Numbered from the whole stretch's first letter, positions 49,368-63,005 are shown. The stretch is 63,989 bases of DNA, filler included, from Reticulomyxa filosa (GCA_000512085.1; 21 parts of 21 records of this genome joined end to end with filler, not necessarily neighbours in it), one strand, 5' to 3'. The notes: generated from the sequence alone by a model not told the origin. Made by a program: numbers and translations.

Positions 49368-50865
49368 CCTTGCAAGATGTGAGTGAGAGCAGACGAGCGA
49401 AAAGATGGTCTTTGTCCTCGAGACAACATCGAAATGGCAGTCGTTAACGCAGACAAAGAGCTGTTGATGGCAATCGCCTCTTTCAATCTCTCGGGGTCAG
49501 GATTGTCGCCAAGAGCTTTTGTGACGTCCTCACTTCCGGCCAAGTCGCCAAAGTTTAGTCGCGACGTTCGCAGTGATGCATCTACCATCTTTTTTTTTCC
49601 CCCCCCCCAATTCCAAAATCAAAATGCAAACTTTTTTTTTTTTTGGGGTCCTATGCATGTTCACAGATAAGCAAACATGCAACAAAAAAAAAGGGTATTA
49701 TATACATATATATACTTATGTATGTATATATATATATATTTTTTTTTTGTTAAATGAAGAAATACCATTTGCTCCACCGACAGCATGACCAGCATGTGGG
49801 AACGCGAGGACACGGCATTTAAGGCATGCTTCGCAGTGATACGATTGCGAATGGCTTTGTATAAAGCCTTGTCAAAATCCTTCACATTGGTAACACTGAT
49901 TTTGCTCAAGTTTTCGACTTGGGTAGTGTCCGTCTGAAAGTTTTGTCGAATTCGTAACTTTTTATCCGATTTGGCATCTAGCAAATCCAGCAAGTCATCT
50001 GTACACAGACACACACACGCACACATCTATCCATCCATCTATCTATCTATGCATACGCACTTATGTATCACATACACATATATGCACGTACATTACAAAA
50101 ACGACACACTCACAAAAAAAAAAAAAAAACACCACTTTTTATTGTTTTAAAAAAATAAAAATAAATAAAAAAAACTTTTGTAAATTTGGATAAATTCCAC
50201 ATAGACTTTCCATTCCTTGACTGGTGAAACTATCTCGTCGCCATCGTCGGTGTCGTTGTCTCCTTTTTTAGTTGTTGATGTGGATGACACCTTCATGCGC
50301 TCGTTCAAATTTTCTATCAGGTATTCGATACAACGAGGCACTATTCCGTACAACTCCTTGTCTAATGATCTTTCTTTATCGCTTGGCTCGGGTCCGAACA
50401 TCTTTTTTTTTTTTTTTGTTGTCGTTTGTATACTTATCTTATCCAATTACATATCAACAAATTAAAAAATAAATAAATAAACTGTAAATGATTTGCCGGC
50501 ACCACTTTGACCATAACAAAATATCGTGGCGTTGTAACCCTCTATTGCAGCGTCGACCATTGGCCTTCCGACCTGCAGAAACGCTTCGACTTGTGTTGAC
50601 TCAGACGGAAATATTCGGTCCAATGTACATTTGTATGGCTTTTGTTCACTTTCATGACCACGATCTAGCTTCACTGTTTGTGGAGAGATGAACACTGGTG
50701 GAAGGTCTATTAGACCCTGCGTGTGTAAGTGCTCGTTTCAAACGAGACAACTCGATCCAGCATATACAAGACACATTTAATACCCACCTCTTCTGATTGA
50801 TGCTCTTTTTCTGACTTACTGATGGGTCGAAATCTCCCTAACACTCGGATTGACTCTTCACTCAT
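49368..50865 (-). CDS. Kinesin motor domain protein (N-terminal motor), 3'-truncated, at least 5 exons
   Basis: IRVLGRFRP, GYNATIFCYGQSGAGKSFTMFG, GIVPR, DLL, NAVSSRSH, DLAGSE, INSSLSAL. Confidence 0.93.
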
Positions 50866-51933
50866 CCCAAGCCTCCCCCCTCTTAACACAAACAAAAACC
50901 CTGCTCACTTTTCTTTGTGTTTTCAAAACGTTGGTGCTGTTCGCTTGCTCTCCAAATATTAAAGTAACAACATTCATTGTTCTTCGTGCTGTAATTCACG
51001 TAACACGGAAACTAAACAAATTAAAAATTGTATACTGACAGTGGCTCTAGAAATCATTTACCTGCTCAAATTATACTATAAATTTTCTCTTTTGGTTTTA
51101 TACCTAGATAAGGATATTTATAATTGATTTATTTGTTTATTTTTTCAGAGTCATTTTATTGATTAAACGGAGATTGTATATTAAATCATTTTTCCGATTT
51201 TCTTTACGTGTTTTTGTTAAGTCAACATAAAAACCAGAACCTCGTAGATAGTTTACAAATCTATGCAAAGAAAAAACTTGACAACAGATAAAAATAACAC
51301 AACGTACAAAGGTAAATTGAACAGGTTCGCTTCTGGTACATGCATTTGTTGTCAGGCGAATATGCATTTATTGAAAAACACAATAAAAAATCCAGTTTTC
51401 CAAAAAAAAGAATAGAATTTTATAGAAGTGGAGCCGCAAAAAAAAAAAGCAGGGGATTTAATGTTCAAACAAAGACGACAAGACAGACGTGTCAAAAGAT
51501 CATTGAAAACAAGAACACACAAAAAAAAAATTTCCCAAATTAAAACAAACAATAAAGAAAAGCAAAAAAAAAAAAAGGTGAGTTTGGAAATAGCTTTTGA
51601 GGACATGAGCATCTTGGCACGTTGTAATACAAACAAAGACATTGTTTATTGCTGTGACTGTTTGCGTAAATTACCTTCCAAAACAGAAACTACATTACAA
51701 TTTCACGCACAAGCTTTAAAAGTGCAAATAAAATAAAGTAAGATAAAAAAAAAAAAAAAAAAGGAAATGGCACAATGAAAAAAAAACGCCATCAATGCCA
51801 TTGAAGAAAAAACGGTCAATCAAAAACCTATTTAAAAAAAAACAAAAAAGAAATTTGGAAAAAAATAGATTGTTCTTTTACAAGCAGAAAGATAGCAAAT
51901 TTTCAGAGATCAAAGAGAAGAGATAACAATCTG

Positions 51934-54900
51934 CTACGTTTCGCGAATACTATGCAGCTGTATACATATACATACATATGTATATATACATATACATATA
52001 TAAAGAAATACAAAAAAAAAAAAAAAAAAGGTAAAGAGATGTCAACAATTAAATATGTATAAATGTAAAAGATATGTGTGCCAGCATGAAAGGCGACAAA
52101 ACTCTGACAATATCATCAATTTTGTTTTTCAGCTCGGTTGCATTTTCCAGCATCATTAGGCATTCTTGTGTGCTGTGATCTTTCAGCAACTGTCCAGTGA
52201 TTCTTTTGGTGTCATTGGGATAGTGTTTGTACACAGCAGCAAAAATGCGATCACCAATCTTTGCATCCACCATGGTGTTGTTGATAGTGGTGACAACATT
52301 TGTGCTAATAATATTACTATTACTGCTGCTACTGCTACTGCTGCTGCTACTACTGCTGTTACTACTGTTATTGCTACTGTTGTTGCTATTGTTATTGTTA
52401 TTGTTATTGCCGTTATTGAGAACAATCTTGGGATTGTTACTCTTGTTCGAGGCATCGATGGAAAGGGAGCCCATGTTTTTGGTGAGTGTGTCGTCGGTGG
52501 GCGTTTCGACGCCGTTTGTAGAAAGAGGCGCGATGGTGATTTTGGGCACCACATTGGGATCGAGTAACTTGTTGTGATGGAAGCCGCCCATTCGCTCGGA
52601 GACAATCGGATGGACTTGTTGCAGTTGCAACTGCTGCAGCTGTTGCAATTGTTGCAGTTGTTGCAATTGTTGGAATTGCTGCCAATTATTATTATTATTG
52701 TTATTGTTATTGTTGTTATTATTGTTATTGTGGTTATTGCTGTTATTGTTGGGACTTGGTGGTAATTGTGCTTGCGCCTGCAAATTGAGAAGCACCTGCT
52801 GCGACGTCGGCGACAGCAATCGCGGTTGCACTTTGTTGTTCTTGCTCGGCGGCGCCATCGTCGGTGCCTTGTGACTCGAAAACGTGGACGGCGCAATGTT
52901 CGGAAATGTGGTGGACCCGGCCGAAAGCACTGAGGAATACTCACTGCCAGGGCCAGGAGAAAACAGCAAGGGCTGAGGAATCGTGGTCAATGTCGGCAAC
53001 TTTACGCCTATGCAAAAAAAACATCGTCTTTTGTTTTCTCTTTCGATACAAGATCCCCCACTTGGATACACACACACACACACACACACACACAACACAA
53101 ACAAACAAATACCTGGGAGATTCAGTTTGTTCAGAGTTCCATTGCTCGAAATGACTGTTGTAGATGGCAATGCACTATGAACTCGATCTTTCAATAATGG
53201 GTTTTTTTCTAGTTTTACACATACGTAACATTTGAGGAGGAGAGGGGAAGAGAGTCACTGCCATGTTCTTTTTTTTTTTTTTTTAAAAAAAAAAAAAAGA
53301 TATATAAATACATATGTTTATATGTATATATGTATATGTAAAACCTTGTGAAGCAGAGAAAGATGCTTTTGAATCTTCTGACTTCACTGCGTTGAAGTCT
53401 TTGCCAGATCCTGTAAAAAGCAACGACGGGTTTTCCAGGGACAAGAAATGGCCGCTGGGCGTCAGAGGGTCGGACATTTGCTGGTGCAACGTTTCTCCAG
53501 GAGCTTCGATGAAGCCTTCCAACGAGTTGTCCAAGTGGGTGTTTGATGCCAAGTGTCGATAGCTCGGCTCATAGTCAGGACCTGAATGGTGTGCTCGATC
53601 CAACACAAAAAAAAAAAAAAAAAGGGAAACACATTGATATATGAAAGTGAATAGATCCCAAATATATGTTCTTATTTCAATCGAGGATCATGCTTTTTTT
53701 GGGTATATGTACATATATATATATATACATATATTTGTACACAGACGATGTAAGAGAGGAACACATGCAACAGTCCGAAAAAGACCTGGCTTACTTGGAA
53801 TTGGTTGTGTGGTTAACCCAGTGCTTAGACCAAGTGTGTTGTACATTCCGTTCATCAGTTCATTCCTCGCATTGTGCGTGTTGGTGGGCATGACCGAAGG
53901 GTAGGGATAATTACCGACGTCCGTATAATAGGTTCCGTTGCTAACGGTGTCATTGGAAGACGCCGTCAGAGGTATTGTCCCAGTGTTCGTGTTGATGTTG
54001 ATACTGCCGCTGGATGCATTGTTGCCATTCCTCGCATCCACATATCCATAATAAGGATATCCACCAGGTTCTTGATACACAAACATTGGCGCAGGTTCCA
54101 TTACTCCATAGGCTTGCAGGTGTCACAACAACAAAGACCATTTAGGCATTATAAACATAAACATGAAAAAATATATATATATGTATATATATATTATTGT
54201 TATTATTATTGAAAGAGAAAAAAAAAAAAAAAACAAACACACACATTGTTGTGTCTGGTACAAGTCAGAATTTTTAATCAAATGTGGTTGAATAGACAAA
54301 CCACTCATATTTGCCATTTTGAAACCTGTGTTAATGTTATTGTTATTATTGCCAGCATTGCTGATGAGAGCAATGTTGTTGATATTATTGTTATTGTTGC
54401 TATTGTTCGCATTGGTGATGATGCCGTTGTTCATGTTGTTGTTATTGCTGTTGCCATGATAGTCTCCGTAGCCGTGTGTCAAAGGCAAGCCATTGATGCT
54501 GTTGGCATAAGGGTGAACCTTGACCCTGTTGGCACTGTTTGCCAAAGGATTGTTTTTCAGCAGATTGCCATGAATGTTGTTGAACTCGTCGATGCCATTA
54601 TTGGTATGTTGGCGAAAGGGTCTTCTTCCACGTCGTCGATTGTTGTTGTGATTGTTGTTGTGATTGTTGTGGTGATTGATGTGACTGTTATTATTGTTAA
54701 TGTTGTTAATGTTGCTATTATTCATACTGTTGCCGTTATTCACGTTGATACTGTTGCTGCTATTGTTGCTTATGCCGACCATATTTTCTTTTGCCATGAG
54801 GGGAGGATATTGACCCTTCCATCGATTGCTATTGTCATGAAGGCTATTGTTCAGGCTGTTGGCATGATTGTTCATATTGTGATTGCTGTTGGCATTGGTG

Positions 54901-55110
54901 ATAGTATTCCACGCTCCCGTTGTTACCACGTCTGTCATGTCATTGGATGTAATGTCTCCATGTGACTGTTGCTGTTGCTGTTGCTGTTGCTGCTTTACCG
55001 CCAGAAATGCCGCCATCATTGTCTCATCTTCGATGAATCGAACCGATCCAGTTTCATCCAACTCTTCCACGTTGTGAGGCCGAAAGCCAATTTTGGGTTG
55101 GAACGGGTCC
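51934..55110 (-). CDS. Asn/Gln-rich low-complexity protein with C-terminal MLLE (PABC) domain, 5'-truncated, multi-exon
   Basis: KIGDRIFAAVYKHYPNDTKRITGQLLKD.STQECLMMLENATELKNKIDD matches the MLLE consensus (LGERLF...AGKITGMLLE...L.MLE...L..KV.EA). Probable last exon LHSIRET*. Confidence 0.75.
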
Positions 55111-55560
55111 CTGTTTTTACAATGTATGTTACATTTTTTTTTAAAAGCTCGTTCAAGTTCAGTACATATACAAATATGTATATGTATAAGTATTAAAAAA
55201 AATGCATAGCGTTGTCTATGACTATTTTCCTTCTTTCCTCTCTCTCTCTCNNNNNNNNNNNNNNNNNNNNNNNNNNNNNNNNNNNNNNNNNNNNTTAATT
55301 AATTAANNNNNNNNNNNNNNNNNNNNNNNNNNNNNNNNNNNNNNNNNNNNCTCCTACACTAAAAAAAAAAAAAAGGATTCAGTAAAACATTTGACCACAA
55401 CATTTGTTTGGAAGGAGAAAAAAAAAAGATAAAACAATCTGCCCCCCCAGTGAAGTGACGTCTTTACATATACGTATTCATATACACATATATGTGTACA
55501 TATACACAAACGTATATAAAAACATAATGTGAACAATAAAATGTACTCGGATTTGCCTTG

Positions 55561-56793
55561 TCAAAGAAAATGCACCTGCATAATTTGGGCATTGGTAAAG
55601 GCAGTGGCAGCACTACCTTTTCGATTTGCCTTGGTGGGACTGGAAACGGTGTTGGTATTGCCGCTGTCTCCATTGTCGTCGACTTTGGTATCAGGCTCCA
55701 ATTGGGACATGTTGGCGTTGGTAATGGAGGCCGAATTGTAGCTCGAGCCTTTAAGATCCAATTCGATGGTGACGCTGAGCGACGCGGATTCAGTCTCTCC
55801 ACTTTTTGACTTTGAGGATTGGCTGGCGTTGGAGTTGACATGCTTGGCTTTGTCCTTTTCTTTTTTGGCTTCCAATCTGTAAACATCGTCTTTGTCGAAT
55901 TGGTACGATATGCTGTCTTTGCGAGGCTTGGTGATTTCACTTTTGCTAGGTTTGGTTATTTCGCTTTTGCTCTTCTTTCTTGTTTGATAATACGCTTGTT
56001 TATTCAATGTCATTGTCATTTGTTTCACCGATGGCTTCGATGTTACTACCGTCGTGTTGCCATTGCTGTTGCCATTACTGTTACTATTGCCACTGCTCGT
56101 GGTATTGGTTGTCTTTGTATTTGTATTTGTATTTGCATTTACTTTTGAAGCTGTGTTTGCACTTGCATTTACATTTGCATTTGCATTTGCATTTGCATTT
56201 GCATTTGCATTTGCATTTGCATTTGCATTTGCATTGGAACTTCCTTTTCTTTTTGTCTTTGTCTTTGTATTTGCTTTTGCATTTCCTTTTCCCTTTTCGC
56301 TTGGATTTGCATTTGCATTGGCAGTAGTGTCTGTCGCTGCTTTTGTTTCTTTTGATTTGGTCTTTGTCTTTGTCTTGGCTTTGTCAGTGTTATTGCTATT
56401 GCCGTTGGCTTGCTTGGGCGTCTTCACTTGGGCATTAGGAGACGCAGGGGTCTTTTTTGCTGACGAGGGTTTCTTTTCAAAGTCCGTTCCGCTTTCTTTT
56501 TCTTTCTTAATGTCTCTATCTTGATCATGGTCGTGATCATGATCATAGTCATCTTGACTTGGGCTTTGATTATCCATTTTTATTGACCTCTCTTCATTGG
56601 TTTCATCTTTGGCTTCATTTTTGCTTCCATCATTGACAATGGCAATATTGCTTGCCTCCGTTTCGTTAATGGGTTTCACCTTGTCCAACGTATCTTTTTC
56701 TACTTCAATTTCTTTTTCTGCTTCGACCCCCTTTTCGATTTCTTCATTCTTCTCATTGTCTTTATTTTTATCTTTATCATTGTCATTGTCATT
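55561..56793 (-). CDS. Low-complexity Lys/Asn/Thr/Ala-rich protein fragment
   Basis: Open frame over 1.1 kb with (AN)n, (TK)n and (DH)n dipeptide runs. No domain recognised. Confidence 0.55.
   Translation of the reverse strand, partial: NDNDNDKDKNKDNEKNEEIEKGVEAEKEIEVEKDTLDKVKPINETEASNIAIVNDGSKNEAKDETNEERSIKMDNQSPSQDDYDHDHDHDQDRDIKKEKESGTDFEKKPSSAKKTPASPNAQVKTPKQANGNSNNTDKAKTKTKTKSKETKAATDTTANANANPSEKGKGNAKANTKTKTKRKGSSNANANANANANANANANANANVNASANTASKVNANTNTNTKTTNTTSSGNSNSNGNSNGNTTVVTSKPSVKQMTMTLNKQAYYQTRKKSKSEITKPSKSEITKPRKDSISYQFDKDDVYRLEAKKEKDKAKHVNSNASQSSKSKSGETESASLSVTIELDLKGSSYNSASITNANMSQLEPDTKVDDNGDSGNTNTVSSPTKANRKGSAATAFTNAQIMQVHFL
56164..56236. repeat. (GCATTT)n hexanucleotide repeat encoding (AN)n
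   Basis: About 12 tandem units. Confidence 0.9.
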
Positions 56794-57199
56794 NNNNNNN
56801 NNNNNNNNNNNNNNNNNNNNNNNNNNNNNNNNNNNNNTTAATTAATTAANNNNNNNNNNNNNNNNNNNNNNNNNNNNNNNNNNNNNNNNNNNNTTCTTTT
56901 TACGAAGTACTATGTCAATGCTTTGACGAGGTGCTTCCTCTCACAGTCACACAACACGCAAGGCGTAGAACCGACGACAATAGCCCAATAAAAACGTTGC
57001 CAAATGGTGAAAAAGGTTAAAAACCACAAAAATCCAACTACTATTAAAAAAATTTTTAATCAATATAAAAATTAATTTTAGTAAAAAAAAAATTCGGACT
57101 TTGACTTGAAGATTTTTGTTGTGTTGAAACGACTTGACTTTTCGACTATTTTGAGATATATCGATATATCTACTTGTTCTAAGTTTACTTGAAGTGATT

Positions 57200-57969
57200 T
57201 CGATATAATCTTGACGATTTTTCACAATGATCGTTAATGATGATAATATAGATTTTTTTTTTCATAGCAGATTGTAAATTTCGACAGAAACTGCGGAATA
57301 ATAACGGTTTCTTTTGATCAGGACATAAAATTTCTACCCAACACTATTCATAACCAAATACATTGAATGTATCATGCATGTTATTGAATGATCGAATGTG
57401 GAATGCAAATCTCTTCGACATAACACTCCAGATCTTCCTGTTTCACTCCAGTGACAACATAAAGATGCTGGAAATTATAATCGATTCCTTCTTCTTTGAT
57501 CTAAATCCTTCTTGAATAAACAGATATTTGGCTTCTTCTGATGCAAATTTTGTTCTAATGCTTGGATTGTAATTGATTGAATGTTGAATTAATCTCTGCT
57601 AATCCACATCTTAGCAATGATATTTCATATCATCAAATTTCTTGTTCTGCGGCCTTTGATCATTGTTATTTTTTGTTTTATTCTTCATTCTATTGGTCCT
57701 TTTCTTTGGTTCTTAGGTCTATTCTCGCTTTCATTGCCATTTAACCCTTGTCCTTTCGCAGCATCAGTATAAGAATAATTCTTTGGTTGCCGCTGCACAT
57801 TTGATTTAATTGGAATGAGTTAAGATGCCTTCTTCTTCAAGAATACATCTTCTCTCCTTGTTAATTTAATACCAAGCTTTTCTCTTGCTTTGTGAATCAC
57901 ATCACACTGCAATGAATTGCTTGGTTGCTGCTTTCGGCATAATACACATTTGTGTTTGCTTGTGTCATT
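57200..57969 (-). mobile_element. Non-LTR retrotransposon relic: ORF1 zinc knuckle and start of APE-type endonuclease
   Basis: KCVLCRKQQPSNSLQC is a degenerate CX2CX3HX5-6C knuckle. Then PNICL/IQEGF, TGRSGVLCRRDL and E*CWVEI...PLLFRSFCR, with stops and frameshifts. Confidence 0.65.
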
Positions 57970-58299
57970 NNNNNNNNNNNNNNNNNNNNNNNNNNNNNNN
58001 NNNNNNNNNNNNNTTAATTAATTAANNNNNNNNNNNNNNNNNNNNNNNNNNNNNNNNNNNNNNNNNNNNTGCTACAAAAAATTCACAGAAAGTAGTAAGT
58101 GACTTATAATTGTATTGCAAGAATAGAAAATGGAAACGAAGAAAATTTAGGGTTTTTCAAAATGAAAGAAGATATTAAGTTTTAGTAAGAAGGAAAATCG
58201 AAAGTATTGTCATGATACCATATTTGCTTTAGTTGTAGTGTGTTTATATAGAATTGAGTTAGAGATCAGTACCGTGATATGATATTCCTGTGTATTATG

Positions 58300-59050
58300 C
58301 ATATGTCAAGAATTTCTTTTTCTGTTTGGTGCCAAGCCATTTAAGGCGATGTTTTCGGTTTGAGATTGGAGTTGGATTTTCTGTTATGATTAATCATACG
58401 CTTAAGAGGGTTGAAGCGCAGATCGATTAAATTATGGTGATAAATCCTCCTTTTTTTGTAGGCAGACCAAGGTGTGTCGCCATAAAGACAACATGTGATT
58501 TACATAACAGGCGCCGCAACATTTTGTACTATGTGAAAGCATAGAACAATTCTAATTCGTATTGTCAAATAAAATCAGGTGAACGTCTCGAGGAATGCAG
58601 TTGTTTGTATGGATTGCAAGAATTTAGTTATTATGCTGATCTATTTTATAATCTTGTAGATAAATCATGTGATGATGCGTAATAATTTGGATTGGCATGT
58701 AACGTTTGTATCGATTATGTTGTTATAATTGGATGAATTTGTGTTGTAATAAACAGCTGCACGAATTCAACAGACGAACATAGTATAGATTATTGAGTTT
58801 TGTGGGTCAATGGAAGAGCCTGGTAGTCAGATGTAATGTACGATGAGATTTAATGATGCGTATGCAAATGCCTCCTTATGTAATGAGAATTTGGCAATGC
58901 ATCCATTGTGTCTAACAATATGATGGATCAAAATAATTCAATTGTATGTTCGATTTTTGAATCAAAATGTTGTACTAAAACTGGAGTTTGCACGCAAAAT
59001 TAAATTTAATAAAGTAATTTATTTCGAAAATTGCAATGAATTCATTAATA
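58300..59050 (-). mobile_element. Highly degenerate non-LTR retrotransposon relic (region C-terminal to RT)
   Basis: Fragments NYFDP, IYTMFV, AAVYYN and QSKLLRIIT resemble post-RT motifs. Many stops. Confidence 0.4.
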
Positions 59051-61639
59051 ATGGAATCATTGTTTGCGCATGACTGTATCGAATTGGTCATCTTATTATT
59101 TTCATGCTATATGAATCGCTACCAAATGGAATACTGACCAATGCTTCGTTAACAATGATGTGGGAGATAATGTTAAATTGTGGCATTAGTTGTTAAAAGA
59201 AATGAATTTGAAAAAGACAATGTAAAGTCTTCAGATGATAAATAGTATAGTCACAATATGACTGACAGTACAACTTCAATACGTCGCCAAATATTACGAA
59301 CCAATGAATCGCAATAATGAACAACTGATCGTTAATAAATTTTTGCAATATTTGAAATAAAAAAATTACGAAATTGCAAATTTTTTCCAACATTAACAAC
59401 TACACGCAATAATAAAATAAAATGCAAACAAAATTCTTAATCACAAATTTCACCAATTGATAGAAAAAAGTTTGTTCTAACGCCCTGACTTGGTTTGGAC
59501 TATTCAGTTTTATCTTTTTTTTTAATGTTTGAAATTAGTGGTCATTTTACATGATTTTTGATATTACCCAAGTATTCTCTTTCAAATGTGAAAATACAAA
59601 TTAACAACCAGGTTTTTGTTAAGGTGCTTTGGAAAAAATAAAAAAAGGAATAAAAAAGAAAAAAGTGAAAAGAAATGTTTGTTGCATGNNNNNNNNNNNN
59701 NNNNNNNNNNNNNNNNNNNNNNNNNNNNNNNNTTAATTAATTAANNNNNNNNNNNNNNNNNNNNNNNNNNNNNNNNNNNNNNNNNNNNAACAGCATCAAA
59801 TAGTATAAATATTATTTGCAAAATATTTAAATGCAAACGCCTTTTAATTAGACAATGTGATATGCCGATAAGTACGCTAACTAATCAATTTCGTCTTTAT
59901 CAGTCACATGTACAAAATGTTTAAAATAATTGTTGTAAGCACTTGCATTTTTTAAATAATCATAAAACAAAGTGAAACATCAAATCATGCAAATTTTTGC
60001 ATTTCATAATAACATTCAACAATCAGATATCATACCTTTGTATTTGGAATGTGTAAAGTAATCCAAAGATAAATCTCAATTTGGAGATTAGCATTTAACA
60101 ATTTGTTAACTTCATCTTTGCTGGAAAAAAACAGTTAACTGACATTTTTTCCCTTTTTTAACGATTGTTTTGATTTGCGAATAAAGACATCATGAGATAA
60201 CGTTTAACAACTCTTCATAAAAAATCCTAAAACAAAAAATTTGATTTTCTTTGGTAAATCCGATGATAGTGTGATGAATTGTTGCTTTTTAAAAATGATG
60301 CGCTTTTTGTAATTGGTATTATCATACTGCTTCAAAGGTATGTTAATAACATATGTGGTCAAACAAATGGAACATGAACTGTTGCTTCTCAACAAACAAA
60401 AAAATTGGAGGACAATAATGAAAAAGAGACAAAACAGAAATTATTGTTATTATTTCTATGACCAAAGAAAAATTAAAACATATGGGAATTTACCGAAACG
60501 TGTGTTGAATTTGCAAAAAATATCACAATTAATGCATGTTATTTTTTAAAATCAACAACTGATTCTTTGAATGCATACTTAAAAAAATTTAGGTAATGAT
60601 TGTTTCATTTTCGTGAAACAATGCACACAATAAATTTTCGATCGAAGATGAGATAATGTCAATATGCATCCAATATGGAAGTGGAAGTCAATTGAAGATT
60701 CAATCGATTCTGCATATAGATATGTTGACAATTGTCAAATATCTTATGTGATTATGAATATTGTCTATTTTTATTTTGTTTTTTGTGATCAATTGTTGTT
60801 TCTTCAGCTGAAAAACAGTTTTTTCTGACCCAACAACAATATGCTTTCTGGAAACAAGAAAGCGAGTACTTTTGCTACAGTGAGGTTCAAAGGCGAACTC
60901 ATTTTTATATTATGCGAAATACTTATGATTTTTTGAATATGAAATTAATGTCATTCAATATATGATTCTTGATATTAAAAGGCATAATCAATGTCGAATT
61001 AAATGATCTGCTTTTTGAAAAGGAATTAAAATCTGTTTTTATGATGCATATTCAACAATTTTTGAGATCCTTCACATTAGTTTTTTTACTTCAACTTCCC
61101 ACGCTTTCCTTTTTTTCTTTTGGCCACGTAGACAAGCTGCAATTGTTCTTTAGAGCTTGTAAAACCAATTAAACCAAAAGAAATGTTACCCTTGTCAAAC
61201 ACGTTCAAAAAAAATCAAGAATACTTTTAAAGAATAACATTGAACATAATGACAAATACAAAAAAATAGTCAAAAATGCAAAGACAATCAAAAACAAGCT
61301 GCTGATGTATGTATTTCTTTGTGCTAATGTCTCACACAATTTTTTTGCCTGTTTGTATGTAAAAAATTCATGTGTACTAATTGTTTAAGTGCCAGAAATT
61401 TGACAAATCTTATACTATCATATATAGGATGGTACCTTTATGGGCAAGCTTCCTCAATCCAACTGAAAGTACTGGCAATAACAATAACTCTTTCTCCAAG
61501 TTTTTTGATAACTTTCTTCAGTAACAAAGACAGTTCAAAAGAATAATTAAAAGAACTGTTTAAAGATGATGAAATGCATTAAATGAAAATCAAAAGCGCT
61601 CAAAGATTCTACAAACAAAAGAGGTAATAATTGGTTGAT

Positions 61640-61752
61640 AGTCCTACGTGACTTGAAGATTCCTAAAATGAAAACAAAAAGATTTATAAATTTCTTATTT
61701 TCAATACAGGTTCAATTTATATCAACTCCTTCGAAATTTTTAAAAATCATTT
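61640..61752 (+). repeat. Dispersed repeat shared with 62745-62860
   Basis: CTACGT..CTTGAAGATTCCTAAAA...AAACAAAAAGATTTA.AAATTTC and downstream CGAAATTTT...TCATTT occur at the ends of two contigs. Confidence 0.75.
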
Positions 61753-61951
61753 NNNNNNNNNNNNNNNNNNNNNNNNNNNNNNNNNNNNNNNNNNNNTTAA
61801 TTAATTAANNNNNNNNNNNNNNNNNNNNNNNNNNNNNNNNNNNNNNNNNNNNAATTGCATTTTTAACTATTTTTTGAAAATGTTCAATTGTTAGTTATTT
61901 CATTTTTATCACTTTTTCTTTTCAATCGATTATCATATGAGCTTTCAACTA

Positions 61952-63005
61952 CAGTAGGTTTCAAAAAAAACTGAACGCCTAAAAGGCACCTTATAAAGAT
62001 GATTGAGTTTATCCATGAAAAATAAACATTTAGAGCTACTTTTTTTTTTAAAAAATATCTACAAATCTTGTAGTTTTTATATCTAATTTTTTTATTTTTT
62101 ATTTTGTTGATTTGCAGCTTTTATTGTGATATTTTGATTGTCATTTTAAAAGGATTTTATATTAAAGGTTAACATTTTGAAACGGGTAAGCATATAATTT
62201 TATTTGCAAAAAAATGTATTGTTTGCTTGTTAATTGTTAAACACAGAGCTATATCAGTTGATAAAAAATTTGGATTTGATCATGCAATGTGCAGTTTTGG
62301 CTGACAATTTCTATGAATAAAGGAATTATTACAGAAAGATTAGCTTTGAACGATCTGAAAAACTTCTGGACGTATTCAGCGTAAAATTGTTTGGTGGCAT
62401 GTTTTTAGAAAGTGTAAAACATTCAAAAATGTTTTCAAAAATTTAGGTAATGATGCTGAAATTAAAGTTTCGTATGCAACAGTGACTTAAAAAAACAAAA
62501 TTAATCGTTGTTAAAACAAAAAAAAAGCCAATTTTGAAAGAAAAAAACATTAATACAAACATAAATTTGCAAAATTATTCAATAATTAAATTTTAAACAA
62601 TTAAAAAAACAGTGATATTCTCAAAAAATTATTTCAATCTTAAAATTTCAATTGATTCGGCGTACAAAGGTAATAAACTGCAATAAAAGAATATGATTTA
62701 TCTCAAAAACTAAGAAAGATACAAGCCTAATTTTTTTTTTAAAAGTATCTACGTCCCTTGAAGATTCCTAAAAAATAAACAAAAAGATTTAAAAATTTCA
62801 TGGTTTCAAAAAAAGTGCAACTTAAGCGTTTTCCTGCGAAATTTTCGAAGTTCATTTGAAAAAAAGGNNNNNNNNNNNNNNNNNNNNNNNNNNNNNNNNN
62901 NNNNNNNNNNNTTAATTAATTAANNNNNNNNNNNNNNNNNNNNNNNNNNNNNNNNNNNNNNNNNNNNTATCGTTTTAGGCGTTCAGTTTTCTTTGCAACA
63001 TACTG
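61952..63005. mobile_element. Tc1/mariner-type non-autonomous element spanning the last linker
   Basis: 33-bp terminal inverted repeats, 30/33 identical (CAGTAGGTTTCAAAAAAAACTGAACGCCTAAAA vs CAGTATGTTGCAAAGAAAACTGAACGCCTAAAA), each flanked by TA (61950-61951, 63006-63007). Confidence 0.75.

Noticed and set aside
2920-62967. Recurrent TTAATTAATTAA palindrome as a biological repeat
   Set aside because: Always centred in exactly 44+44 Ns. It is an artificial six-frame-stop linker.
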